A DNA stretch of 64,000 bases from Gemmatimonadota bacterium (GTDB lineage: Bacteria > Gemmatimonadota > Gemmatimonadetes > Gemmatimonadales > GWC2-71-9), in contig JAZDCY010000014.1 of the NCBI GenBank assembly GCA_036679645.1, positions 160,001 to 224,000 on the forward strand, written 5' to 3'. Below the pieces are notes generated by a model. The model saw only the letters and a list, made by a program, of their open reading frames with translations. It did no database searches and was not told the origin of the DNA. Positions 30,401 through 39,060 of the stretch are shown one piece after another (within the stretch, counting starts at the first letter, position 1; every line of letters begins with the position of its first letter). The position numbers were made by a program, and so were the translations under genes.

Positions 30401-30507
30401 GTCGCCACATGCGCCGGGGACAGCACATCGGTGCGCCCCGTCATGGCCCGGACGATCAACTCCTCGAGGCCGCGTTCGGTTGTGTCTGTGGTTCGCCGGG
30501 TTGTCAT
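27487..30507 (-). CDS. hsdR: Type I restriction enzyme R subunit
   Basis: LDLGLFINGLPIATFELKN, HSAGSGKS, DEAH, FTATP, TGYDEP, QTLSRLNR. Confidence 0.95.
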   Translation of the reverse strand: MTTRRTTDTTERGLEELIVRAMTGRTDVLSPAHVATETSVPVAGGTGWLLGDATHYDREYTVDLVQLRGFVMATQPPLEEALSLGTDGPARRQFMARLQGEISKRGVIDVLRHGIKHGPHHVDLFCATPSPGNVKAEERFAANRFSVTRQFRYSRDETQLALDLGLFINGLPIATFELKNSLTKQTVDDAVQQYKRDRDPREKLFEFGRCVVHFAVDDHEVRFCAHLKGKASWFLPFNQGWNDGAGNPPNPNGLKTDYLWKRVLTREGLTDILENYAQIVEIKDEKTGRKKKSQIWPRYHQLDVVRELLADTARRGAGKRYPIQHSAGSGKSNSIAWLAHQLIGLEKHDAAVFDSIIVVTDRRILDQQIKNTIKQFAQVAATVGHAERAGDLRKFIAEGKKIIISTVQKFPFIIDEIGSEHRGRRFAIVIDEAHSSQGGRTSAALSVALSEAGAEEDDETMEDRINRLIEAKKLLPNASYFAFTATPKNKTLEIFGEPNPQPDATVKHHPFHSYTMKQAVQEGFILDVLKHYTPVNSYYRLVKTVEEDPEFDTKRARKKLRRYVESHDHAIRLKAEIMVDHFHEQVLALRKIGGDARAMVVTSGIERAIKYFHAIRDYLVERKSPHRAIVAFSGEHDFGGTKVTEVSLNGFPSSKITDKIQAHPYRFLVCADKFQTGYDEPLLHTMYVDKILSGIKAVQTLSRLNRARPRKHDVFVLDFMNDADTMETAFADYYRTTILAEETDPNKLHDLRATLDGYQVYAAEQIDRLVELYLGGADRDKLDPILDACVAVYKDQLDEDGQVDFKGKAKAFLRTYGFLASILPYNNADWERLSIFLNFLVPKLPAPIDPDPARGILEAIDMDSYRVEKQEAAKIQLRDADAEIEPVPTTGGGRKPEPELDRLSSILKAFNDHFGNIPWTDKDRIHRLITEEIPAGVLADTAYRNAREHSDKQNARIEHDRALLRVVTGLLKDDTELFKQFSDNEGFRRWVADTVFRLTYETGDAA

Positions 30508-30611
30508 CGTTCAGGTGGACCGGCGGTCCGCAGCGCATCGCGCACCGCTATAGCCGCTTCGATGAGATCGGCGACGAGCCGTTCGTCGAGATCGAGTTCA
30601 TGCGAGGTCAT
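30504..30611 (-). pseudogene. HEPN-like toxin remnant (35 aa, internal deletion)
   Basis: MTSHEL|DLDERLVADLIEAAIAVRDALR...; overlaps the MNT stop and hsdR start; resembles both termini of MNT-partner proteins (from memory). Confidence 0.5.
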
Positions 30612-31197
30612 CCTCGGAACCGATGACGAGCAGGTGTGGGCCCGCGGCGACCCGCGCCGCGAAGGAGCCGGCCGTTTGGCGTTTGGCGCGCCACTCGTCG
30701 GGGGTGAGCAGGGTGGGGTTCACGGAGCGCGCAAGTTCCGGCTCCACGGCCTGCAACGACTCGTACAGATCGGCGTGGCGCAGCCGGTCGGACAGGACCA
30801 TCAGGTCGATGTCGCTGTCGGCGCGGTCCGTTCCGCTCGCCACCGATCCATAGACAAAGGCCGCCCGAATGGCGGGCGCACGGGGAGCCAGTGCCCGGCG
30901 CAGCGGCTCCACGACGGCCACCGTCTTGATCACTAGGCCGTGCAGCTCGGCGAACACCGGGGAGTCGCGGCGCGCCTGGTAGTGCTTCTGGTTTCCGCTC
31001 CGCGTTACGGTCACGAGCCCGGCGTCGGCGAGCCGTCCGATCTGGCGGTGGACGGCTCCGGTGCCGCTCTTCGCGAGCCGGATCAGCTCCGCACTCTGGA
31101 ACGACCGATTGGGCTGCCCGAAAAGCAGGGCCAGGACCCGCTGTTGGACGCGGGTGAACAGTGCGTCGGCGATGCCGGACCGGCGATTCGTTCCCAT
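30598..31197 (-). CDS. HTH + minimal nucleotidyltransferase (MNT) antitoxin
   Basis: AFVYGSVASG...SDIDLMV; N-terminal winged HTH. Confidence 0.85.
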   Translation of the reverse strand: MGTNRRSGIADALFTRVQQRVLALLFGQPNRSFQSAELIRLAKSGTGAVHRQIGRLADAGLVTVTRSGNQKHYQARRDSPVFAELHGLVIKTVAVVEPLRRALAPRAPAIRAAFVYGSVASGTDRADSDIDLMVLSDRLRHADLYESLQAVEPELARSVNPTLLTPDEWRAKRQTAGSFAARVAAGPHLLVIGSEDDLA

Positions 31198-31248
31198 ATT
31201 GGGAATAATAATACCCAATTTGGGAATTCTCGCAAGCATGAGGTGTTG

Positions 31249-32676
31249 TCACGCCTCAGCTTCCTCGAGTTCACTGCCGATATCGCTGGCCAGCTCGTCG
31301 TCGACATCCTCACCTACCTCGTCTTCCAGCTCTTGTTCCTCAGGTTCGCCCGTCAGCCGAGCAGCCGGCTCGCGCACGTCGAGCTTACCGGTGACCACGT
31401 CGGCGATAATGCGGGTGCGGTATTCGCGGAGAAGCCCGATCTCGCGCCGAGTTCGATCGATGGTGCGGTCGGCATCTTCCGTCGCATCGTCGTAGTAGTG
31501 CACGATCGCCCGCTGTTCATCAGCCGGGGGGACAGGGACGGGAATCTGCCCCAACTGATCGAAATACAGCCGGAGCCTCATATCCATGATGCCCCTGGAT
31601 CGCTGCTTAAACTGCTGCAGGTAGAGCTTCGTCCTGAAGAGATGGTGGTAGTAGTCGGACGCGAGGTCCACTACGGGCATCAATATGTCGTACGCAGGAC
31701 TTGTAACTCCGTCATAGTGAGAGACTCCAATGGCACCCATCCACGCCAGTAGTTTGTTGGCGATTAGATCCCCATGTTTCACGATCCAATAGTCATCGGT
31801 CGTGGAAGCCTTGTTGCCTTTCTGCTCAAGGTCTTTTCGTGGACGCACACCGATGTGTGTGTAGATAGACAGGAGTTCACGTCCATGCCTGACTCCTGAT
31901 TTCTCTGTCCGCAGACGAAACACGGTTTTTGTACGCCGCACCTCCCAATGCTCCGGCACGTCCCCCAGCCACTCCACGCCGGAGGGCTTGAGCGGAACGT
32001 TGGGGTCGAGGCCGCGTGTCACGGCGCGGTGGATGATGGCCCGTTTCTGCTCCTCCAGCAGCTCGATCAGCTCCCGCTTGGCGCGGATGTAGCGCCGGAT
32101 TCGCCGGTCCACGTAATCGAGGAAGCGGACGATGGCGGTTTGTTCTGGGAGGGGTGGGACCGGAACCCACATGTACTTGAGTTGATCGCCGTAAATGTGC
32201 ATCACGGTGATCCCACGCCCCATACAAGACTTTTGGAATGCAGCCTGCGGGCAGCCAGTTGCGTAGCCCATGAAACGCGCGTCGACGGGGATGGCAAAAC
32301 GGAACAAGAGAACATCGCCCCCGCATCGTGCCCGCGACTTGATCAGGTTGACTGACGACTTGCCGATCTCCTCGATGGTCTCACCGGAGGCTGCGAAAAG
32401 AAGGTCCCCGTACAGTATCGGTGTGTACTCAGACGCGCGTTCCGCAGTGATGCACGAGCGGCTTCGTTCGATGAAGAAGTTATGTCGTGTATACAGATCG
32501 CCGTATCGGATGCAAGGAACGCCTTCGGGTACGTCGTCTTCCTTCGTGCCGCCATTGCCCTTCGAGAATCTCCCGATGCGTCCAAGTTGCCGCACGCCCC
32601 AGTGCGCCGGCACCTCCCCAAAGCACGGCACGCCGGAATCCTTCATCCTGGGATAGGGATTGAGACGCGCGATCAT
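31249..32676 (-). CDS. hsdS: Type I RM specificity subunit
   Basis: YPRMKDSGV..GEVPAHW, PPLPEQ, PP.DEQ, VVTGKLDVR; ATG at 32676 overlaps the transposase stop. Confidence 0.93.
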   Translation of the reverse strand: MIARLNPYPRMKDSGVPCFGEVPAHWGVRQLGRIGRFSKGNGGTKEDDVPEGVPCIRYGDLYTRHNFFIERSRSCITAERASEYTPILYGDLLFAASGETIEEIGKSSVNLIKSRARCGGDVLLFRFAIPVDARFMGYATGCPQAAFQKSCMGRGITVMHIYGDQLKYMWVPVPPLPEQTAIVRFLDYVDRRIRRYIRAKRELIELLEEQKRAIIHRAVTRGLDPNVPLKPSGVEWLGDVPEHWEVRRTKTVFRLRTEKSGVRHGRELLSIYTHIGVRPRKDLEQKGNKASTTDDYWIVKHGDLIANKLLAWMGAIGVSHYDGVTSPAYDILMPVVDLASDYYHHLFRTKLYLQQFKQRSRGIMDMRLRLYFDQLGQIPVPVPPADEQRAIVHYYDDATEDADRTIDRTRREIGLLREYRTRIIADVVTGKLDVREPAARLTGEPEEQELEDEVGEDVDDELASDIGSELEEAEA

Positions 32677-33626
32677 TGCGGATCCTGTTTGGGCGACGCA
32701 TGCGTCGCCCGTACACCCTCGGTTGCCTGTACACGATCTGAGATTATCCGGTCCGGGTTGTCCGCGTCCTGCGCCCATCGAGCCGGGTTGTTCGCGATGT
32801 ATTCGCGGATACGGTTCAACGATGACGCATCGCGGATGATGTGTTCGTAATAATTGCGTTGCCAAACAGGTGCACCTGGGGTACCGCGCAATTCGTTGAT
32901 GCGTTTGGACACGACGGATTTGTACGAACCGACGATCGCGCCGATGGAACGTCGCGGCGGACCGGACGGACGTAACGGTAGGGGCGACGCATGCGTCGCC
33001 CCCATATGCGTCGCCCCCATGTCCGGCGGATCGGGCGGACGACGTGGATCGGACGGACGCGATGGTTCGGGCGACGGTGATACGGGCGACGCATGCGTCG
33101 CCCCAATTTGCGGCGGATCGGGCGAACGACGTGGATCGGACGGACGTGATGGTTCGGGCGACGGTGATACGGGCGACGCATGCGTCGCCCCAATTTGCGG
33201 CGGATCGGGCGAACGACGTGGATCGGACGGACGTGATGGTTCGGGCGACGGTCGTAGGGGCGACGCATGCGTCGCCCCTACATGCGTCGCCCCTACATGC
33301 GTCGCCCCTACGTGCGGGGGATCGGACGCCGTCGTCCCGACGGCATCGTTGGATGCGATGACGATGATGCCATGGATATGATTGGGCATTACGACAAACG
33401 CGTCCAATTCCACGTGCGGAAAATGCGCCGGGATTTCTTCCCATACCATGCGCGCCACACGCCCGGCCTCGTTCAATCGCACGATGTTGCCATCCACGTT
33501 GCCGAACAAACAATGGCGATCTTGCGCGACGATGGTGACGAAATACGCGCCGCGTTGGCGGTAATCATACCCCCGCAGACGAATGGATCGCCGGTGGTAG
33601 CGCTCCGGACCGTGACGCACCGTCAT
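32673..33626 (-). mobile_element. REP-associated tyrosine transposase (RAYT/Y1) with translated REP repeats
   Basis: RRSIRLRGYDY, GAYFVTI, MPNHIHGI (HUH), WQRNYYEHIIR, YI.NNP. Confidence 0.92.
32691..33311. repeat. GTAG-type REP palindromes and 87-bp tandem units
   Basis: Perfect 20-bp palindrome gggcgacgcatgcgtcgccc at ~32691, 32982, 33084, 33171, 33259; 29-aa unit repeated ~3 times. Confidence 0.92.
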
Positions 33627-35560
33627 ACATCAGATCCGATGATCTCGCCCAGCAATCCCTCGGTCTCCTGCTCCAGCGCAACGATATCGGCGCGGATCTC
33701 ATCAAGAGAGCGCAGCGGCTGCGGCTTGTAGAAGTGGCGGGTAAAGCTTATTTCGTAGCCAGTCTTGACGCTGTCCGGGACGTACCACGCATCGGGGGCG
33801 TGGGGCAACACCTCGCGGCGCAGAAAGGCCTCGATGCCACCTTCTTCGAGCAGCGGTACCTGCTCGGTGTCGCGCAGGTCGGGGTCGGGCTCGTACTCAA
33901 CCACGGCGGGCTTGCCGCCGATCGTGGCCGCGAAAAGGCCGCGCAACGGGTCAGGCTCTATCCCACGCCTGCAGATTCTCCTGATGACCGGCGGCGCGTC
34001 CTCCGCCCGCTCGGCGGTCTCCTTGAGGTCCTTGATCTCCCTGGCGGTGTAGACCCGTTCGGAGTCGATGCCTTTGAGCCGCAGCGGTCGCTCGACGGTC
34101 ACCTTCCAGTAGCCGAAGGCGGCGTTCGGGAAGATCTTGGACTGCTCGGTCTCCTCGAAAGCGAGGAAAGTGTCGCAGATGCGCTGGATGTCATCTCCCG
34201 ACAGCTCGCAGTTCTTTTTGCCGAGTTGCACGCGGCCGGCGCGGTTCTTCGGTTTCCGGTTGCTGAGCACCCAGATGTAAGTGGCGATCCCGGTGTTGTA
34301 GAACATGTTGAGCGGCAGCGCGACGATGGCCTCGAGCCAGTCGTTCTCGATGATCCAGCGCCGGATGTTGCTCTCGCCCTGTCCCGCGTCGCCAGTGAAG
34401 AGCGAGCTGCCGTTGTGGACCTCGGCAATCCGGCTGCCACGTTCCGTCCTCTGTTTCATCTTGGACAGCATGTTGACCAGGAACAGCATCTGGCCGTCGC
34501 TCGAGCGGGTGACGAGCGAATACTCCGGGTCATCTGCGTGATCGATGACGAACCGCGGGTCCTTGAGGCCCTTCTTGCCGCCCATGCGCTCCAGATCGCT
34601 TTTCCAGCTCTTGCCGTAGGGCGGATTGCTGAGCATGAAGTCGAATTCCATCGACGGGAATGCGTCGTTCGCCAACGTCGAATGCTCGGGCCCACCGATG
34701 ATGTGGTCTGCCTCGTCGCCCTCTCCCTTGAGAAGCAGGTCCGCCTTGCAGATGGCGTACGTCTCGGCGTTGATCTCCTGACCGTAGAGGTGCGTAGCCA
34801 CCTGCTTGTCACGGTTCTGGGCGAGTTGCTGCAGCGTCTCTTCCCCGACAGTCAGCATGCCACCGGTGCCGCAGGCTCCGTCGTAGAGCAGGTACGTGCC
34901 TGACTCGATCTCATCCGCGATGGGCAGAAAGATCAGTTTGGCCATGAGCCTCACGGCGTCGCGCGGCGTCCAGTGCTCCCCTGCCTCCTCGTTGTTCTCC
35001 TCGTTGAAGCGTCGCACCAGCTCCTCGAATACGGTGCCCACGCCGTGGTTGTCGAGGGCGGCGTGCTTGACCGAGCCGTCGCTGTTCATGACCGGATTCG
35101 GGCTCAGGTTGATATTCGGCGACAGGAACTTCTCGATCAGCGTCCCCAACGCGTCGGCCTTCGAGAGGCGCGGGATCTGATTGCGGAACTCGAAGTTCTC
35201 GAGAATATCCTGCACACTGGGGGAGAAGCCATCGAGGTACGCCTCGAAATCGGCCCTGAGCTGCTGTTGGCTGGCGCGGGCCTTGAGATCCCGCAGCGTG
35301 AACTTGGACGTGTTGTAGAAGGCCTGGCCTGCGGCAAGCCGGAGCGCCTTGTCCTGGTTGGTGATTCTTTCCTTGTCGAGCGAGGCCTTCATCTCTAGCA
35401 CCGCCTGCTTGGTCGGCTCGAGAACCGAATCGAGCCTGCGCAACACGGTCATCGGCAGGATTACATCTCGGTATTTGCCGCGGACGTAGAGGTCGCGCAG
35501 AACGTCGTCGGCGATGCCCCAGATGAAGTTCGCGATCCAGTTGAGTTGGGAAGGATCCAT
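33623..35560 (-). CDS. hsdM: Type I RM methyltransferase subunit
   Basis: MDPSQLNWIANFIWGIADD, GEHWTPR, YDGACGTGG, SNPPYG; possible short deletion at VQL|GKKN. Confidence 0.95.
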   Translation of the reverse strand: MDPSQLNWIANFIWGIADDVLRDLYVRGKYRDVILPMTVLRRLDSVLEPTKQAVLEMKASLDKERITNQDKALRLAAGQAFYNTSKFTLRDLKARASQQQLRADFEAYLDGFSPSVQDILENFEFRNQIPRLSKADALGTLIEKFLSPNINLSPNPVMNSDGSVKHAALDNHGVGTVFEELVRRFNEENNEEAGEHWTPRDAVRLMAKLIFLPIADEIESGTYLLYDGACGTGGMLTVGEETLQQLAQNRDKQVATHLYGQEINAETYAICKADLLLKGEGDEADHIIGGPEHSTLANDAFPSMEFDFMLSNPPYGKSWKSDLERMGGKKGLKDPRFVIDHADDPEYSLVTRSSDGQMLFLVNMLSKMKQRTERGSRIAEVHNGSSLFTGDAGQGESNIRRWIIENDWLEAIVALPLNMFYNTGIATYIWVLSNRKPKNRAGRVQLGKKNCELSGDDIQRICDTFLAFEETEQSKIFPNAAFGYWKVTVERPLRLKGIDSERVYTAREIKDLKETAERAEDAPPVIRRICRRGIEPDPLRGLFAATIGGKPAVVEYEPDPDLRDTEQVPLLEEGGIEAFLRREVLPHAPDAWYVPDSVKTGYEISFTRHFYKPQPLRSLDEIRADIVALEQETEGLLGEIIGSDV

Positions 35561-35722
35561 GTCGATTTCTAATGAAAGGAACGTGGTCCCATAGAGCCGC
35601 ATCCGATGGTTGCCACGCCACTGGCACACAACGACCAAGGGCAAGGAACCCGTCCAGGATTACTCGCCCTCTATCTTGTTGCTGGGTACCAACTACCGCC
35701 AGTCGGGCCAGCCGGATTCGCA

Positions 35723-35772
35723 ACACAGAGGCTCTCGTGATTTCTCAGCGCTCTCTGCGATCTCCGCGGTGA
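35723..35772. repeat. REP-like element
   Basis: gcgctctctgcgatctccgcggtga. Confidence 0.65.
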
Positions 35773-35783
35773 AGAATCATGGC

Positions 35784-35819
35784 CAAGAAAATGCCGGCGA
35801 TACGTTTCGTACCGCCGGC
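35784..35819 (-). terminator. Hairpin terminator after tRNA-Lys
   Basis: gccggc...gccggc stem followed by ATTTTCTT on the minus strand. Confidence 0.6.
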
Positions 35820-35822
35820 CCA

Positions 35823-35895
<73 letters not shown>

Positions 35896-35934
35896 GCGAG
35901 GGACGAAAACTACCCACCCCGGCCTCACCCCTCA

Positions 35935-36480
35935 ACCCGCCTCGTAAACACGTACTGCTTCCCCCGATCCGGCAGCCGCCTGAATCCCGACAGATGAAAG
36001 AGCTACACCGTGAACCACCGCGCAATCTTGGGATTCACGCAGAGACGCGTGGGACGAATCGGGTCACGCCGCACGCCCGGCAGATACGGCAACAACCGAT
36101 CCACCCGCAGCGTACGCATCACCGTCGAGACCGCGAGCCACGCCCGGTGAACGGGTCGCGCAATGAAGAATCCGTCTTCACCCTGTTCCTGATACAGCGG
36201 CATCAACAACAACCCCGACTCGGGCACGCGAACGGGACCGGAGGAATCGTCTGCAACCACCTCGCCACGCTCCACCGGCTGGAAGTTCCGGTATCCGGGA
36301 CTCCTCGACACCCAGGATGAGCGGAATAGGCGTCTCGATGGCGATGGCGCGGCTGCGCAGCGTGTCACTAATACAATGGAAAGGAGGACCGTCCCCGGAT
36401 GTCGAATGAAGGTCGAGGAAAACGAGGTCGTTCCTGCCGCGCGCAGCCGCTCCACCCGCTCGAGACCGTTGCCCCGCACG
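35935..36480 (-). pseudogene. Succinylglutamate desuccinylase/aspartoacylase family remnant
   Basis: [21 protein letters not shown] and PGYRNFQPV...[14 protein letters not shown] in different frames with the middle missing; premature stop at 36003. Confidence 0.7.
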
Positions 36481-36618
36481 ATGGGAAGAGACGGGTTGGA
36501 CCGCCTCCCCCACCCCTCTATCTTCCGTCGGCCATTCGGACCCGTACGGCCCGCAGCGGTGTATGTTCTCCCGCGACGTGCCCGACGACGGCAACACGAC
36601 GTCGGCGTCGGCAGAACG

Positions 36619-38823
36619 ATGCCGGGCGACCTGCGTCAACGTGGGGAGCAGAAGATTCCAACCGAGGCGTACAAACTGCGTCGACTCATATCGCTCGGCA
36701 CTCTTGTCTTAGGCGTCGCCCCGTTCGCAGACGATCTCGCGGCGCAGGGACCCGACTCTTTGCCTCGGGATACGGTGGACCTCCCCGAGGTCGTCATCAC
36801 GGCCACCCGCGGCGAACGCACGGAGCGCGCGGCGACCCCGATCGCGATATCGATCAGCTCGCCGCGTACGGCGGATCGCGGTGCGAGTCGCGTCACCGCC
36901 GATCTCTTTCGCGACATCACCGGCGTGTACGTGCAGCAGACGTCCGCCGGTCAGGGTGCGGTGATCCTGCGCGGGTTCATCGGCAACCAGGTCCTCCTCC
37001 TGGTCAACGGCATCCCCATGAACAACGGGACCTACCGCGACGGTCCCGGCCAGTACCTTGCGACGATCGATCCGGACGCCGTCGAGCGGATCGAGGTGAT
37101 TCGCGGCCCGGCCTCGGTGCTGTACGGGTCCGATGCGCAGGGCGGTGTAGTGAACGTGATCACGCGGCCGCACACGGCCGCTGCCGGGTGGACCGTGCGC
37201 GGAACGGTCCAGGCGTCCAGCGCGAACAGCGGCGGGCGGGCGCGGATGTCGCTCGGGTACGGTAGCGATCGCGTCAGCTTTGGGCTCGGCGGATCGCTGT
37301 TGCACGCCGGCGACCTGCGCGCCGGAGGAGACGTGGGCGCGCAGCGACCGACGGGCTTCACGGGCGAGGGAATCGACGGCCGCCTCACGTACAGGCCCAC
37401 CGGCGCCCACACGCTGACCGTGGGTCTCGAGCACTTTGGCCTGCGCGACGTCCCGCGGTACGACCGGTACGTCGATTTTCGGGCCCCAGCTTTGGGGCGT
37501 GACGCGGAGCACGTGTTCGATCCGCAAATCCGCCAGCTCGCGTTTGCCCGACATCGCTTCCGCGCCCAAACCAGCGCGCTGTGGACCCTGCAGACGACCG
37601 CCAGCCTCGCGATCCAGCGCGAGGGCCGAACGCGACAGCGGCTGGACGGAAACGGAAACCCACGATCGACCATCGAACGCACGCGTGACGATGTCTACAC
37701 TCCCGGGCTCAGTGTGGTGGGAACCAGTCTGCCACATGTGGGGGCGCGCGCCGTGATGCTCACCTGGGGCGCGGAAGCGTACCGCGACTATCTCAGCAGT
37801 CACGGCGACTTGACCTCGCTCACGCAGGGCAGCACGACGCCGCTCACGCGCGATACCCCGGACGGCCCCATCGCCACCGGCCGTTTCCCGGACGGCGCCC
37901 GCATGGACCGCTTGGGCGTATTCCTGGCAGCCGAGTCGCAGGTGATACCCCGCCTCATCGTGTCGGCGGGGGCCCGGTGGAGCCGGTTCGACTCGGAGGC
38001 GAACGTGGGGTCGTTGTTCGGCGGTGCCGTGGAGAACAGCTCGTCCGCCCTGACCGGTCAACTCGGGGTGGTCATAACACTCCCGCGCGACATGCGGCTC
38101 GCGTTCCGCGTGGCCCAGGGATTCCGCGCACCCAACCTGTACGACCTGACCAATGTCGGCTCGGTTCCCGGTGGGATCGTGGTGCCCAATCCCGACGCCA
38201 CTTCGGAAGAATCGGTCAGCTATGAGGCGAGCGTTCGGTGGGCAGACGAGATGACGACGTTTGAGGTCACGGGCTATCGCACCGATGTAGATGGATTCAT
38301 CGACCGCGCCTTCGGGACATTCAACGGCGACACGCTCTTCAACGGGGAACGGGTCTTCCAGGGACTGAACATCGCCACGGCCCGACTCACCGGCGTGGAG
38401 GGAGAAGCGGTCCACTCGTTCGGCATCGTGGCGGTGCGACTAACGCTCCTGCTCACGCACGGTGAACAGACCCTGGCCGACGGTACCGAGGGGCCGATGG
38501 CGAAGATACCGCCGCTGCGCGGCCTGGCGAGCTTCCGGTGGCAACCCGCCGACCCGCGTTTCTGGGTGGCGTACGATTTTGACTGGGCCGCACGTCAGGG
38601 CCGCCTCGCCCAGCGCGATGTCGTCGATCCGCGCATCCCGTCGGGTGGCACGCCGGGATACATCGTGCACAGCATCACCGCGAACGCCGCGCTGACCCCA
38701 TCGTTCACTGCCACCCTCGGCATCGAGAACATCACCGACAAGCTCTATCGGCAGCACGCAAGCGGTGTCGACGCCCCCGGGCGACATCTGTGGGTTGGTG
38801 TGACGCTGTTCGACGGGCTCTGA
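36619..38823 (+). CDS. TonB-dependent receptor (start uncertain)
   Basis: EVVITATR TonB box, [39 protein letters not shown]. Confidence 0.92.
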   Translation: MPGDLRQRGEQKIPTEAYKLRRLISLGTLVLGVAPFADDLAAQGPDSLPRDTVDLPEVVITATRGERTERAATPIAISISSPRTADRGASRVTADLFRDITGVYVQQTSAGQGAVILRGFIGNQVLLLVNGIPMNNGTYRDGPGQYLATIDPDAVERIEVIRGPASVLYGSDAQGGVVNVITRPHTAAAGWTVRGTVQASSANSGGRARMSLGYGSDRVSFGLGGSLLHAGDLRAGGDVGAQRPTGFTGEGIDGRLTYRPTGAHTLTVGLEHFGLRDVPRYDRYVDFRAPALGRDAEHVFDPQIRQLAFARHRFRAQTSALWTLQTTASLAIQREGRTRQRLDGNGNPRSTIERTRDDVYTPGLSVVGTSLPHVGARAVMLTWGAEAYRDYLSSHGDLTSLTQGSTTPLTRDTPDGPIATGRFPDGARMDRLGVFLAAESQVIPRLIVSAGARWSRFDSEANVGSLFGGAVENSSSALTGQLGVVITLPRDMRLAFRVAQGFRAPNLYDLTNVGSVPGGIVVPNPDATSEESVSYEASVRWADEMTTFEVTGYRTDVDGFIDRAFGTFNGDTLFNGERVFQGLNIATARLTGVEGEAVHSFGIVAVRLTLLLTHGEQTLADGTEGPMAKIPPLRGLASFRWQPADPRFWVAYDFDWAARQGRLAQRDVVDPRIPSGGTPGYIVHSITANAALTPSFTATLGIENITDKLYRQHASGVDAPGRHLWVGVTLFDGL

Positions 38824-38895
38824 CGGCGGACGAGACCCCTCCACCCCCCGGCTTGCCTGCCATTCCGGGGCTGGCGATATTCTCTGGTCGTTTCC

Positions 38896-38967
38896 GGCGG
38901 TATCGTCTAGGGGTGAGGACGCGGCCCTCTCAAGGCCGAAACACGGGTTCGAATCCCGTTACCGCTA
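38896..38967 (+). tRNA. tRNA-Glu(CTC)
   Basis: Cloverleaf with CGGCC-CTCTCAA-GGCCG arm, TTCGAAT T-loop. Confidence 0.96.
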
Positions 38968-38980
38968 TCGCCAATCCTCC

Positions 38981-39052
38981 GCCCCCATCGTCTAACGGCT
39001 AGGACACCACTCTTTCAAGGTGGTAACAGGGGTTCGATTCCCCTTGGGGGCA
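38981..39052 (+). tRNA. tRNA-Glu(TTC)
   Basis: Cloverleaf with CCACT-CTTTCAA-GGTGG arm, TTCGATT T-loop. Confidence 0.96.
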
Positions 39053-39060
39053 TCGGCCGG

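Noticed and set aside
32691..33311. Palindromic repeats as a CRISPR array
   Set aside because: The intervening sequences are themselves repeated, the array is inside a RAYT ORF, and no cas genes are present
31249..33513. 754-aa extended HsdS ORF
   Set aside because: The extension is an alternative frame of the RAYT repeats; HsdS motifs start at ATG 32676
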